NCBI GenBank assembly: GCA_965205265.1
Contig: CBDBGH010000003.1
Span: forward strand, 1,856,001 to 1,920,000
Source: Alphaproteobacteria bacterium
Lineage (GTDB): Bacteria > Pseudomonadota > Alphaproteobacteria > Bin95
Direction: 5' to 3'
DNA length: 64,000 nt
The position numbers and the translations under genes were made by a program. Below are positions 20,560 through 30,909 of the stretch, in pieces (within the stretch, counting starts at the first letter, position 1; each line of letters opens with the position of its first letter). The notes beneath the pieces were generated by a model. It was not told the DNA's origin and made no database searches. It saw only the letters and a program-made list of their open reading frames with translations.

Positions 20560-21540
20560 GTGAAGGTCATCGACTCGCATGCCCATTACGTTCCCCAGAC
20601 TGTGTTCGACAGGCTCGCAAGGGGTGCGGCCCGCTTCGACGGGGTCGAATGCCTGCATGAGGAGGGGCGCTTCCGCCTGGCCTTTGGGGGACGGGACCCG
20701 ACCCGGCCGGTCAACCCGAAGCTGCGCGAAGCCGAAGAACGCCTTGCCTGGATGGACGAACAGGGCCTCGACCGGCAGGTGGTCGCGCCCTGGACCGACA
20801 GCTTCGGCTACGAACTGGAAGGCGGAACCGGGGCGGACTGGAACCGCTTCTGCAACGAGGCGCTATGGCGGGCCTGCGAGAGCGAGGAACGCCTGATCCC
20901 GCTGGCCGGCGTGCCGCTGCAGGACGGCGAGGCGGCTGCGGAGGTGCTCTGCGAGGCGCTCGACCACGGCTTTCGCGGCTTCATGATCGGCACGCAGCCC
21001 CATGGCGATTCGGGCGTGCTCGACGACCCGTCGCTCGAGCCCTTCTGGGCGGCGGCGCATGAGCGCGGGGCCGTGCTCTATGTCCACCCGATGTATGTAA
21101 CCGGCGACCCGCGCGTCTTGGACTACGACATGGTCAACGCGGTCGGCAGGCTGGCGGACACCACGGTGGCCGTGGCGCGGATCCTGTTTTCGGGCCATGT
21201 GCTGAAATATTCCGGCGCGAAACTGATCCTGAGCCATGGCGGCGCGGCGCTGCCTTTCGCGCTCGGCCGGCTGGTGCGAAACGTCAAGGCCCATCCGGGG
21301 CAGTATGCCGACCCGGCGGAGGGCCTCTCGCGGCTCTATGCGGACAGCTGCGTGTTCCGGCCGGACGCGCTCCGTTTCCTGGTGGACCTGATGGGCGCGG
21401 AGCGCGTGATGCTCGGCTCCGACTATCCCTTCCCGATCGGCGACCCCGCGCCGCGCAAGGTCGTGGACGACACGCCCCTCACGGATGCCGAGCGGGCCGA
21501 AATCCTGTCCAATTCGACGGCGCGTCTGCTGGGGTTGTGA
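20560..21540 (+). CDS. Amidohydrolase family protein (ACMSD/LigW-like)
   Basis: IDSHAH, YVHP, SHGG, MLGSDYPF. Confidence 0.88.
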   Translation: MKVIDSHAHYVPQTVFDRLARGAARFDGVECLHEEGRFRLAFGGRDPTRPVNPKLREAEERLAWMDEQGLDRQVVAPWTDSFGYELEGGTGADWNRFCNEALWRACESEERLIPLAGVPLQDGEAAAEVLCEALDHGFRGFMIGTQPHGDSGVLDDPSLEPFWAAAHERGAVLYVHPMYVTGDPRVLDYDMVNAVGRLADTTVAVARILFSGHVLKYSGAKLILSHGGAALPFALGRLVRNVKAHPGQYADPAEGLSRLYADSCVFRPDALRFLVDLMGAERVMLGSDYPFPIGDPAPRKVVDDTPLTDAERAEILSNSTARLLGL

Positions 21541-21599
21541 GGTGACATTCCGGCAAACCGCACTAATTTCGGGAAGACAGCCATCGGGGAGGCGCGGCG

Positions 21600-23183
21600 A
21601 TGCAACAGGGCTGGGTCAGGGCCGTCGGCGTCGAGGAACTCCGGCGGAAGGGGCGCACGGTCTTCCGGCTCGACGGCCGCCAGATCGCTCTCTTCGACAC
21701 GCCCAAAGGCATCCGCGCCTGCAACAACCGCTGCCCGCATGAGGGCTATCCGTTGCGCGAAGGCACGCTCGACGGCGACTGCCTGCTCACCTGCAACTGG
21801 CACAACTGGAAGTTCGACCTGGAAACGGGCGAGAACCAGCGCGACGGCGACAGGCTGCGCGTCTATCCGGTCGAGGTCCGCGACGGCGATGTGTGGGTCG
21901 AGATCGTCGATCCGCCCGTCGAGGAGCGGCTCGCGAAATCGCTCGACGACCTGAAGCAGGGATTCCGCGACCACGACTACGAACGGCTGGCGCGCGAGAT
22001 CGCCCGGATCGCGCAGCTCGGCGTCGATCCCGCACGCGCCATCAGGGACGCGATCCATTGGTCGCATGACAGGCTGGAATTCGGCTGGACGCACGCCTAT
22101 GCCGGCGCGGCGGACTGGCTGGCGCTTTACGACAGCCGCGCAGACAGGCCCGAGGACCGCCTCATCTGCCTTCTGGAGTCCCTCGGCCACATGGCCGAGG
22201 ACACGCTGCGGGAGCGGCGCTACCCCTATGCAGAAGGCGTCGAGACATGGGACGAGGAGGCTTTCTACCGAGCGGTCGAGGAAGAAGACGAAGCGCGCGC
22301 CCTTCGCCTGACACGCGGCGCGGTCGCCACCGGCGATGCCTGGCGCGCGATGGAGCGCGGACTGGCCCGCGCCGCGTTGGCGCACTATTCGGATTTCGGC
22401 CACTCCGCCATCTATGTGACGAAGGCCGGCGCACTGATCCGCCGGCTTGGCGAGGACGTTGCCGAGCCGGTCCTGCTTTCGCTGGTAAGGGGGCTGGTGT
22501 CGGCCTTCCGCGAGGACCTGATCCCCGAATTCCGCAGCTACGGCGCGGCGCTGGAGACATTCGGAGCGGAACCGAACGGAGCGGCGCCCGCCGCGGCGGA
22601 CTATGCCGGCCTGAACGCCAACAGCGCGATGGCTTTCACCGCCCGGCACGGCGCCGCGCCGGCGCTCGACCTGTTCCGCAGCCTGCTGGGGGCCAATGCG
22701 CTCAACATGGTGCGCTTCGACATCAGGCACCTGAACGACCTCGACCAGCCCTATGGAAGCGATTTCGGCTGGCTCGACCTGACCCACGGGCTGACCTTTG
22801 CCGAAGCGGTGCTGGGGCTCTGCTCCAGATTTCCGGAGCTGTGGCCGTCGGGACTGTTGCAGATGGCCTGTTTCTCCGGCCGCAATATCGGGCACCAGGA
22901 CGGGAAGGTGGACCCGGACGACTGGACGGTTGCGGACCCGGACGCCTTTTTCGCCGAGGCCGAGCGCATGCTCCTCGACCACGGCCACGACCGCTACATC
23001 GTCTCCGTCCATCTGGTGAAAACGGCGTCATCGGTGCGCAGCCTGCTGGCTTCGGGCGAAGCGGGCCGGTCCGGCGAACTGGCGCTTGCGGCGCTCAACC
23101 GCCTGCTGCATTCGCCCGTGCGCCGCAAGATGGTGCGCCGCACGGCCCGCCAGGCCATGCGCTTCGTCGAGACCGACATTTAG
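21600..23183 (+). CDS. Rieske [2Fe-2S] domain fused to a large uncharacterised helical domain
   Basis: NRCPHEG...LTCNWHNWKFDL, then about 420 aa with several isolated His motifs. Confidence 0.85.
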   Translation: MQQGWVRAVGVEELRRKGRTVFRLDGRQIALFDTPKGIRACNNRCPHEGYPLREGTLDGDCLLTCNWHNWKFDLETGENQRDGDRLRVYPVEVRDGDVWVEIVDPPVEERLAKSLDDLKQGFRDHDYERLAREIARIAQLGVDPARAIRDAIHWSHDRLEFGWTHAYAGAADWLALYDSRADRPEDRLICLLESLGHMAEDTLRERRYPYAEGVETWDEEAFYRAVEEEDEARALRLTRGAVATGDAWRAMERGLARAALAHYSDFGHSAIYVTKAGALIRRLGEDVAEPVLLSLVRGLVSAFREDLIPEFRSYGAALETFGAEPNGAAPAAADYAGLNANSAMAFTARHGAAPALDLFRSLLGANALNMVRFDIRHLNDLDQPYGSDFGWLDLTHGLTFAEAVLGLCSRFPELWPSGLLQMACFSGRNIGHQDGKVDPDDWTVADPDAFFAEAERMLLDHGHDRYIVSVHLVKTASSVRSLLASGEAGRSGELALAALNRLLHSPVRRKMVRRTARQAMRFVETDI

Positions 23184-23337
23184 GCGCTGCCGAACCGCTC
23201 CCCGCCGCGCAACCGACTCGGACGGATTGCGGATGCCCGGGTTCCGGCGTGTAATGCTCCGGGAGGATGCCGCGGCCGCGGCGATGGCCGAGCGGTGCGC
23301 GGCGGACTCCAGGCACAACCCGGAAGGAGACACGATC

Positions 23338-24933
23338 ATGCCGAACCCACCTCGCAACTGGCTGGCCCGAAGGGCGCGGGGCATCGTGCCGGCGGCGGCG
23401 CTCAGCCTCGCTGTCGCCTTCCCGGCGGCGGGTCAGACCGAACTCAATGTGGCCATTCACGCGGACCTGAAGAACATCGACCCGATCTGGACCACCGCGC
23501 TCATCACCAGCAATCACGGCTATGCGATCTACGACACGCTGTTCGCCACGGATGCGGATTTCAACGTCCAGCCGCAGATGGCCGAAGGCTATACCCTGAG
23601 CGATGATGGGCTCGTTTACACCATCACGCTCCGCGACGGCCTCAACTGGCATGACGGGACGCCGGTGACCGCGAAGGACTGCGTGGCTTCCATCAAGCGC
23701 TGGGGCCAGCGCGACGTGTTCGGACAGCTCCTCATGGAGCGGGTCGATACCATGGTGGCGGCGGACGACCGCACCATCGTGATGACGCTCAAGAATCCCT
23801 GGGCCCTGGCCATCGCCGCGCTTGGCAAGAAGAACGCGAACGTTCCCTTCATGATGCCGGAGCGGGTCGCGATGACCGATCCGCACGAGCAGATCAAGGA
23901 GATGGTCGGCTCGGGGCCCTTCAGGATTCTGGAGGACGAATGGGTGCCCGGCAGCAAGGTCGTTTACGAGAAGAACGCGGACTATGTGCCGCGCGCGGAA
24001 CCCGCAAGCGAGACGGCGGGCGGCAAGGTCGTCCATTTCGACCGCCTCGTCTGGCAGTACATTCCGGATTCGCAGACCACCGCGAACGCTCTCGTCGCGG
24101 GCGAGATCGACCTCATCGAGAACGTCCCGGCGGACCTCGTGCCGCAACTCAACGCCGCCGAGGGCGTCACCGTGGAGCCGACGGACGGGCTCGGCTGGCA
24201 GCCCTGGCTCGTCATCAACCACCTGCACCCGCCCTTCGACAATGTGAAGGCCCGCCAGGCCCTCCAGCTCATGGCGGACCAGGCCACCTACCAGCTGGCG
24301 AACAGCTCGCTGGAAGGCTCTTGGCGCACCTGTCCGGCGATGTTCATCTGCGACACGCCCCATGCCAGCGACCTCGGCTCGGAACGGCTCATGCAACAGG
24401 ACATCGAGGCGGCGAAGAAGCTGCTCGCCGAGTCCGGTTACAACGGGGAGCCTGTCGTTCTCCTGCACCCGACAGACATCCCGCAGCTCCACTCGGCGAG
24501 CCTGGTGAGCGCCGCGCTGCTGCGCGAGATCGGCGTCAATGTGGACGACCAGGCGATGGACTGGTCCACCCTCACCTCGCGCCGGGCCGAGAAGAAGGCC
24601 CCGGCCGATGGCGGCTGGAACCTGTTCCACACGGCCTGGCCGGCGAACATGCTGCTCAACCCGATGATGCACAACGGCGTCTCGGGCGCCTGCGACGCGG
24701 CATGGTTCGGCTGGCCCTGCGACGAGGAACTCCAGGAGCTCAGGGCGAAATTCTCCAATGAAGCCGACCCGGAAACGCTGGTCACGCTCTCCCGGCGGAT
24801 GCAGGAGCGGGCAATGGAATATGTCACCTACATTCCTCTGGGGCAGTATTTCTTCTACCGCGCCTACCGGAACGAGGTGAGCGGGGTCATCCCCTCCACC
24901 GACGCCTTCTTCTGGAACATCCGCAAGAACTAG
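23338..24933 (+). CDS. ABC transporter substrate-binding protein, family 5 (peptide/nickel)
   Basis: IDPIWTT, IYDTLF, WHDGTPVTA, VGSGPF, FGWPCD; RBS aggaga. Confidence 0.9.
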   Translation: MPNPPRNWLARRARGIVPAAALSLAVAFPAAGQTELNVAIHADLKNIDPIWTTALITSNHGYAIYDTLFATDADFNVQPQMAEGYTLSDDGLVYTITLRDGLNWHDGTPVTAKDCVASIKRWGQRDVFGQLLMERVDTMVAADDRTIVMTLKNPWALAIAALGKKNANVPFMMPERVAMTDPHEQIKEMVGSGPFRILEDEWVPGSKVVYEKNADYVPRAEPASETAGGKVVHFDRLVWQYIPDSQTTANALVAGEIDLIENVPADLVPQLNAAEGVTVEPTDGLGWQPWLVINHLHPPFDNVKARQALQLMADQATYQLANSSLEGSWRTCPAMFICDTPHASDLGSERLMQQDIEAAKKLLAESGYNGEPVVLLHPTDIPQLHSASLVSAALLREIGVNVDDQAMDWSTLTSRRAEKKAPADGGWNLFHTAWPANMLLNPMMHNGVSGACDAAWFGWPCDEELQELRAKFSNEADPETLVTLSRRMQERAMEYVTYIPLGQYFFYRAYRNEVSGVIPSTDAFFWNIRKN

Positions 24934-24948
24934 GCAGCCGCTCAACCT

Positions 24949-24983
24949 GCCCGCCCGCCGCGCAAACCGGGCGGCGGGCGGGC
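24949..24983 (+). terminator. GC hairpin after SBP gene (no U-tract)
   Basis: gcccgcccgccgc / gcggcgggcgggc. Confidence 0.45.
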
Positions 24984-25010
24984 GGCATACCGACCCGGGA
25001 GACCCGCGCC

Positions 25011-26423
25011 ATGCAGGACGAGGACCTCTGTTTCCGCTCCGCGACCGATCTCGCCGCCGACATCCGCGCCCGCCGCCTCTCGCCCGTGGAGCTTGCCCGG
25101 GCGGTAATCGCGCGCATCGAGGCGCTCAATCCGGCCCTCAACTGCTTTTGCACGCCGACGCCGGAGATCGCGCTGGAGCAGGCGAAGGCGGCGGAAGAGG
25201 CGGTCATGCGCGGCCGGCCCCTCGGCCTGCTGCACGGCATGCCCTATTCGATCAAGGACCTTCAGCCGACCAGGGGCGTGCGCACCATGCGCGGCTCGAA
25301 GATCTTCGAGCACAACATCCCCGAAGACGACACGCCGCTTGAGCGGCGCCTCCGGGACGCCGGCGGTGTCTTCCTCGGCAAGACGACGAGTCCCGAGTTC
25401 GGCTGGAAGGGCGCGACCGACAGCCCCGTCACCGGCATTACCCGCAACCCCTGGAACCTGGAGCGCACGCCCGGCGGTTCGAGCGGCGGCGCTTCGGCCC
25501 AGGTCGCGGCGGGGCTCGGGCCGCTCGCCTAGGGCGGCGACGGCGGCGGCTCGATCCGCATACCGTCTTCCTTCGCGGGCATTTTCGGCATCAAGCCGAC
25601 CATCGGCCTCGTGCCCTATGTGCCGATGCCGCATAACGGCCTCCTGTCCCATCTCGGGCCGATGACCCGCACCGTGTCCGACGCAGCCCTCATGCTGAGC
25701 GCGCTTTCCGGCTACGACCCGGCCGACCGCTTCAGCCAGCCGGGGTCGCCGCAGGACTTCCTTGCCGGCCTCCATGACGGGGTCGCCGGCCTCAGGGTGT
25801 TCTGGAGTCCGACCCTCGGCTATGCGGAGGTGGACCCGGAGGTCGCGGAAGCGACCGCGCGCGCGGCCGCCCGCTTTGCGGAACTCGGCGCCGAGGTGGA
25901 GGAAGGCGACCCCGGCCTCGGCAATGCGACGGACTTCTTCATCGTGCTCTACCAGAGCGCCGTCGCCGGCGGCCTGGTCCAGTATCTCGACGAATGGGAA
26001 ACGGAGATGGACCCCGGCCTCGTGCATATGGTGCGCCGGGGCATGGAATACAGCGCGGTGGACTACGTGCAGGCCCGGATCGAGCGGCTCGCCTTTTGCG
26101 ACCGGCTGGCCCGGTTCTTCGAGACCTACGACCTGCTGCTCACGCCTGCGACCGCCGTCCCGGCATTCCCGGTGGGCCGGGTGGCGCCGGAGCCCGGCCG
26201 GTTCGAGGCGGAGGACCTGTTTGCGTGGACGCCGTTCAGCTTCCCGTTCAACGCAAGCGGCAATCCGGCCGCGAGCGTGCCTTGCGGCTTCACCCGGGAC
26301 GGTCTCCCCATCGGGCTCCAAATTGTGGGCCGGCTCCATGAGGACCGGCGGGTGCTGCAGGCCGCCGCCGCCTTCGAACGCATTGCACCCTGGGCCGACC
26401 GCCGCCCCAAACTACCGGCCTAG
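25011..26423 (+). pseudogene. Amidase (GatA-like signature family) with one in-frame TAG at 25530-25532
   Basis: SIKDL, GKTTSPEFG, PGGSSGG, GPLA*GGDGGGSIRIP continue in one frame to GLPIGLQIVG. Confidence 0.85.
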
Positions 26424-27046
26424 TAGATCGTCTTCTCCAGCTCGGCCGAATAGGCGCGGTCCCAGGATTTCGCCTCGAACTCGCCCTCGGTATCGAGCGC
26501 TTCCATGATCTCGCCGAGGGTCGGCAGGGAGTCGCGGGGCACGCGGGTTTCCGGGCGCCAGAGGCGGGAGCGGACGAGCGCCTTCGGGCACTGGATATAG
26601 ACCCGGTCCACCGCGACCGAGAGCACGCTGCGCGGCAGCTGCCCCCTGATCTCGAAACGCGCCAGCAGGTCGGGGTCGGTGCCGATGCGCCCGCGCCCGT
26701 TGATACGCAGCGTCTCGCCGACGCCGGGAATGAGGAAGAGCAGCGAGAGGCGCGGGTCGCGAACGATGTTGCGCAGGCTGTCGAGCCGGTTGTTGCCGCG
26801 CCGGTCGGGCAGCAGCACGGTCTTCGGGTCCTGCACCTGCACGAACCCCGCCGGGTCGCCGCGCGGGCTGCAATCGAGCCCTTCCGGCCCGACCGTCGCG
26901 AGCACGACGAAGGGTGCTGCGTCGATGAAGGCGCGGTAGTGGTCGGAGATGTGGTCGATCTCCTTGAGGATCGCGCGCCGCCGGGGCGGCATCTCGTAGA
27001 GCGCCTCCAGCTCGGCTTCGCTCCCGATCCATCCGTTCGACTGCAT
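26420..27046 (-). CDS. Pyridoxamine 5'-phosphate oxidase-like FMN-binding protein (MSMEG_1061 type)
   Basis: DCSPRGD, PDRRGNNRLD, ETLRING, QCPKALVRS. Confidence 0.88.
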   Translation of the reverse strand: MQSNGWIGSEAELEALYEMPPRRRAILKEIDHISDHYRAFIDAAPFVVLATVGPEGLDCSPRGDPAGFVQVQDPKTVLLPDRRGNNRLDSLRNIVRDPRLSLLFLIPGVGETLRINGRGRIGTDPDLLARFEIRGQLPRSVLSVAVDRVYIQCPKALVRSRLWRPETRVPRDSLPTLGEIMEALDTEGEFEAKSWDRAYSAELEKTIY

Positions 27047-27078
27047 GGCGTTTCCTCCTTTGTGCGGCGCGCCGGCGG

Positions 27079-27999
27079 TCACGCCATCGGCATTCCCGCA
27101 TGGACGCTGCGGGAGTTCGCGATTTCGAAAAACTGGCCCGAAAGCGACGGCATGGCGACCTCGGCGATGCTCTCCGGCGTCCAGTTGCCGTTGCGGTGAA
27201 CCGTGCGCACGGGGCGCGAATGGCCGTAAAGCGTAAGCTCGCCCGCGCGCTGGTGGAACACCTGGCCGCTGACATAGCCCGCCTCCTCCGAGGCGAGGAA
27301 GGTGCAGAGCGGGGCAATGGCGTCCGCCCGGCTGAGCCTCAGCCGCTCGTCCCGGATCGCCGCCGCCTTCGGGTCCTTGGGCGTTGGCACGCTGCGGGTC
27401 ATGCGGGTGTCGGCCGAGGGCGCGATGACATTGGCGGTCACGTTCTTCGAGGCGTTCTCCATCGCCACGATGCGCGCCAGCGCCACGATGCCGAGCTTCG
27501 CCGCGCCGTAATTGGCCTGGCCGATATTGCCGAGCAGGCCGGAGGTCGAGGAGACCATGATGATGCGCCCGTATTCCTGCTCGCGGAACAGGTTGATCGC
27601 CGCGCGGTTGACGTTGAAATGCCCGGTCAGGTGGACGTCGATGACCGCCTGCCAGTCCTCCGGCGACATCTTGTGGAACATGCGGTCGCGCAGGATGCCG
27701 GCGGGGTTGAAGACGATATGCAGCCCGCCGAACTCGTCGCGGGCCTGCTGGACCATGTCGAGGCAGTCCTCGAAGCTGGCGACGGAGCCGAAATTCGCGG
27801 CCGCCTCGCCGCCCGCCGCCCTGATCTCATCGGCGATTTCCTGGGCCGGCGTCCGGTCGCCGCCCTCGCCGCCGCCGCCGACGCCGGGATCGTTGACCAC
27901 CACGCGCGCGCCGTTCGCGGCCATCATCTTCGCCACTTCGGCGCCGACGCCGCGCCCCGAGCCGGTGCAGATCGCAACCCGTCCTTCCAGCATTCCCAT
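27079..27999 (-). CDS. SDR oxidoreductase (MFE-2-like 3-hydroxyacyl-CoA dehydrogenase type)
   Basis: TGSGRGVG, VVVND, AGILRD, GQANYGAAK. Confidence 0.9.
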   Translation of the reverse strand: MGMLEGRVAICTGSGRGVGAEVAKMMAANGARVVVNDPGVGGGGEGGDRTPAQEIADEIRAAGGEAAANFGSVASFEDCLDMVQQARDEFGGLHIVFNPAGILRDRMFHKMSPEDWQAVIDVHLTGHFNVNRAAINLFREQEYGRIIMVSSTSGLLGNIGQANYGAAKLGIVALARIVAMENASKNVTANVIAPSADTRMTRSVPTPKDPKAAAIRDERLRLSRADAIAPLCTFLASEEAGYVSGQVFHQRAGELTLYGHSRPVRTVHRNGNWTPESIAEVAMPSLSGQFFEIANSRSVHAGMPMA

Positions 28000-28088
28000 C
28001 GAACCGTCTCCCCTCCTTGGTCCCGGCAGCCCAATGCCCCGCCGCGAATGTGCGGGCTATCGCGCCGCCTGTCAAAACCGGCTGCGCC

Positions 28089-29255
28089 CTACCGCAGCGA
28101 ACTGCCGAACAGGTCGCGGGCGACGATGTGGCGCTGGACCTCGTTCGGGCCCTCGCCGATGCGGCGGATGCGCATTTCGCGGTACCAGCGCTCGAACGGC
28201 AGGTCCTTCGTGACGCCGTAGCCGCCATGGATTTGCATCGCGCGGTCCACCACCCGGCCGGACGCCTCCGTCGCCACGATCTTGGCGAGCGCGGAGTCGG
28301 TGCGGAACGGCTCGCCGCGCCGCGCCTTGTCGGCGGCCGCCATCGTGATCCAGTGGGCCTGGCGTATGTCGATCTCGTTCTCCACCACCATCCACTGGAT
28401 GCCCTGGCGGTGCGCCAGCCTGTCGCCGAAGGTCTCCCTTATCTTCGCGTATTCGACCGCCAGTTCCTGCGCCTTGATGGCGACGCCGATGCAGGTGGCG
28501 GCATAGGGGATGCGCTGGCGCGACACGCGGTCGTTGGCGATGGCGAAACCGCCGTTCACCGCGCCCAGCACATTGGCGTGCGGCACGCGCATGTCCTCGA
28601 ACTGCAGCTCGGTCGCGTAGCGGGCCGCGCGCAGCGTGTGGACGATGCGCCGCACATGGAAGCCCGGCGTGTCCGTCTCGACGATGAAGCAGGTGACGCC
28701 GGCCCGCCCCTTGCCCGGGTCGGTGCGGGCGAAGACGAGGCCGAAATCCGCCCGGTCGGCGCCGGAGATGAACATCTTGGCGCCGTTGATGACCCAGTCG
28801 TCGCCGTCGCGGACCGCGCGGGTCTGGATGGCGCGGGCCGGGTCCGAGCCGCCGGAGGGCTCCGTCAGGCCGAAGAAGGTCTTCTTCTCGCCCCTCAGCA
28901 TCGGAAACAGGAAGCGCTGCTTCTGGTCGTCATTGGCCTCGAACATCTGCGCCAGGCCCGCGCCGCCGAACACGTTGTAGCAGGGCGCGTAGAGGCCCGC
29001 CCGGTGCTGCGACATCTCGATGGCGAGCAGGGTGCGGGTCACGATATCCACGTCCGGCCCGCCGAATTCGGGCGGGATGTCGAGGCCGTAGAGACCCATC
29101 TCGGCCACCCGGCCGGCAAGGCGCTCATGGTCTTCCGGCGGCAGGCTGTCGGCGTCGGGGTCGAGGCCGTCCTCCAGCGGCACGATCTCCTCGCGCACGA
29201 AGCGGCGCACCTGGTCCACGATCAGTTTCTGCTCGTCGGTAAGCGACAGGTCCAT
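28089..29255 (-). CDS. Acyl-CoA dehydrogenase
   Basis: FGLTEPSGGSD, NGAKMFIS, QIHGGYG, IGEGPNEVQ. Confidence 0.93.
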   Translation of the reverse strand: MDLSLTDEQKLIVDQVRRFVREEIVPLEDGLDPDADSLPPEDHERLAGRVAEMGLYGLDIPPEFGGPDVDIVTRTLLAIEMSQHRAGLYAPCYNVFGGAGLAQMFEANDDQKQRFLFPMLRGEKKTFFGLTEPSGGSDPARAIQTRAVRDGDDWVINGAKMFISGADRADFGLVFARTDPGKGRAGVTCFIVETDTPGFHVRRIVHTLRAARYATELQFEDMRVPHANVLGAVNGGFAIANDRVSRQRIPYAATCIGVAIKAQELAVEYAKIRETFGDRLAHRQGIQWMVVENEIDIRQAHWITMAAADKARRGEPFRTDSALAKIVATEASGRVVDRAMQIHGGYGVTKDLPFERWYREMRIRRIGEGPNEVQRHIVARDLFGSSLR

Positions 29256-29301
29256 GAGCTCGATGCTCTCCTGATTCCGGGAATTCTCCGGCCGCAGCCC
29301 T

Positions 29302-29637
29302 TCAGGCCGGGCTGAGCCGCCCGAGGCCGCGCGCATCCTCCGGCGGGTTCCACGCCGGCAGCCCGCCATGGTCGGCGCGGTGGGCCATCATCAACTCCAG
29401 CCAGCGCGTGCGCGGCTGGTGGTTGACCTCCAGGCGGAAGAACAGCCCCTCGCCGCGCTCTTCCAGCTCGCGCCCGAGCTCGCCGCGCAGGCCGAACAGC
29501 GAGCGGGCATCGACCCTGACGATGGCCCGCACCGCAGCCCCGTCGTCGGAGAGCTGATAGACGCCGAGCTGGCCGCTGAGCCCGGCCACGGCCTCCGCAT
29601 CCAGCCGCCGCCAGGGCTTGTCGAGTCTGACGGCCAT
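29302..29637 (-). CDS. Small conserved hypothetical protein, GIY-YIG-like N-terminal motif
   Basis: GQLGVYQL...RSLFGLRGEL; abuts the enoyl-CoA hydratase stop codon. Confidence 0.65.
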   Translation of the reverse strand: MAVRLDKPWRRLDAEAVAGLSGQLGVYQLSDDGAAVRAIVRVDARSLFGLRGELGRELEERGEGLFFRLEVNHQPRTRWLELMMAHRADHGGLPAWNPPEDARGLGRLSPA

Positions 29638-30393
29638 CTATGCCCCCGTGAAGTTGGCCGGGCGCTTCTCCAGCCGCGCCGCGATGCCTTCCTGCGCGTC
29701 TCCGGAAAGGCGGGCGGCGCGCAGCATGGGCAGCAGGTCTTCATGCGGCGTCGCGTCGCGAAAGGCCATCTGCCGGAGCATGACGGCCTTCATCGCCTTC
29801 ATCGCGAGCGGCGCATTGGCGGCGAGCCGCCGGGTGACGGCCTCGACCGCCGCTTCCAGCCCGGCGTCGGGCACGGCCTTGTAGATCATGCCGAGCGCGT
29901 GCATCCGCGCAGCCGGCAGCGGGTCGCCGAGCAGCAGCATTTCGCGCGCCGCGACGGGTCCGCCGGTCTCGACGATCTTCTTGGCGAGGAACCAGGTCGG
30001 CACCAGCCCGATCTGGGCGAGCGACATGCCGAAGCGCGCGCTCTCGGCCGCCACCACCAGGTCGCAATGCAGCGCCAGCTCGTTGCCGCCCGCAATCGCA
30101 TCGCCGTGCACGACCCCGACCACGGGCAGGGGATAGTGCTGCACGGCGTCCAGAACCGCCTCGATCGGGCTTTCGGTATCGAGCGTGCCCGCCCGCTCGC
30201 GGAGGTCCATCCCGGCGCAGAAGGCCGGCCCCTCGGCGCGCAGCACGGTCAGCCGCTCCTCCCGGTCCGGCTCGCTCCGGAAGGCGGCGAGCAGCGCGTC
30301 GAGCATCTCGCGATTGAGCGCGTTGCGCTTTTCCGGGCGGTTCAGGCGCACGGTGCGCACCGGGCCCTCGCGTTCGATCGGGACAATCGCCAT
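29638..30393 (-). CDS. Enoyl-CoA hydratase/isomerase
   Basis: LNRPEKRNAL, FCAGMDL, AGGNELAL, EKRPANF. Confidence 0.92.
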   Translation of the reverse strand: MAIVPIEREGPVRTVRLNRPEKRNALNREMLDALLAAFRSEPDREERLTVLRAEGPAFCAGMDLRERAGTLDTESPIEAVLDAVQHYPLPVVGVVHGDAIAGGNELALHCDLVVAAESARFGMSLAQIGLVPTWFLAKKIVETGGPVAAREMLLLGDPLPAARMHALGMIYKAVPDAGLEAAVEAVTRRLAANAPLAMKAMKAVMLRQMAFRDATPHEDLLPMLRAARLSGDAQEGIAARLEKRPANFTGA

Positions 30394-30492
30394 CGATTCC
30401 TCGAATTGTCATTTTTTCGGCGGGAAAGTCTTGCACGGGCGCGCGCGCTATCCAACCATGCCCGGCCTTGGGGAAACGCAGGGGAACATGGC

Positions 30493-30909
30493 ATGCAACC
30501 ATCGCTCGCGCCCGACCTGAAAAGCGTCCGCCGTTTCGATGTCACCGCGGACCAGACCATCGATTTCATGGGCGAGGACCTGCGGGTGCTGGCGACGCCG
30601 TTCATGCTGGCGCGGGTGGAGCAGACCTGCCGCGACCTTGTGGTGTCCCATCTCGACGACGGCGAGGACACGGTCGGCATGCGGGTGGAGATCGACCATC
30701 TGGGGCCGACGCTCGCCGGCATGTGGATCGAGGTTTCGGCCCGCGTGGTGTCTCTGGACGGCCAGCGCATCGAGCTGGCGGCGGACATTTGCGACGCGCT
30801 CGGCCAGGTGGGCCGCGCCCGCCATACCCGCTTCGTCATCGACAAGGTCCGCCAGCGCGAACGCCTCGCCGCGCGCCGGGCCAAGGCGGAGGCCGCCGGC
30901 GCGCTTTAG
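30493..30909 (+). CDS. Hotdog thioesterase (fluoroacetyl-CoA thioesterase FlK-like)
   Basis: VLATP, E, TVG..HLGPT, HTRF. Confidence 0.85.
   Translation: MQPSLAPDLKSVRRFDVTADQTIDFMGEDLRVLATPFMLARVEQTCRDLVVSHLDDGEDTVGMRVEIDHLGPTLAGMWIEVSARVVSLDGQRIELAADICDALGQVGRARHTRFVIDKVRQRERLAARRAKAEAAGAL

Noticed and set aside
25530-25532. Pyrrolysine decoding of the amidase TAG
   Set aside because: No pyl genes in the window, not a methylamine methyltransferase, and TAG is used as a normal stop by several genes here
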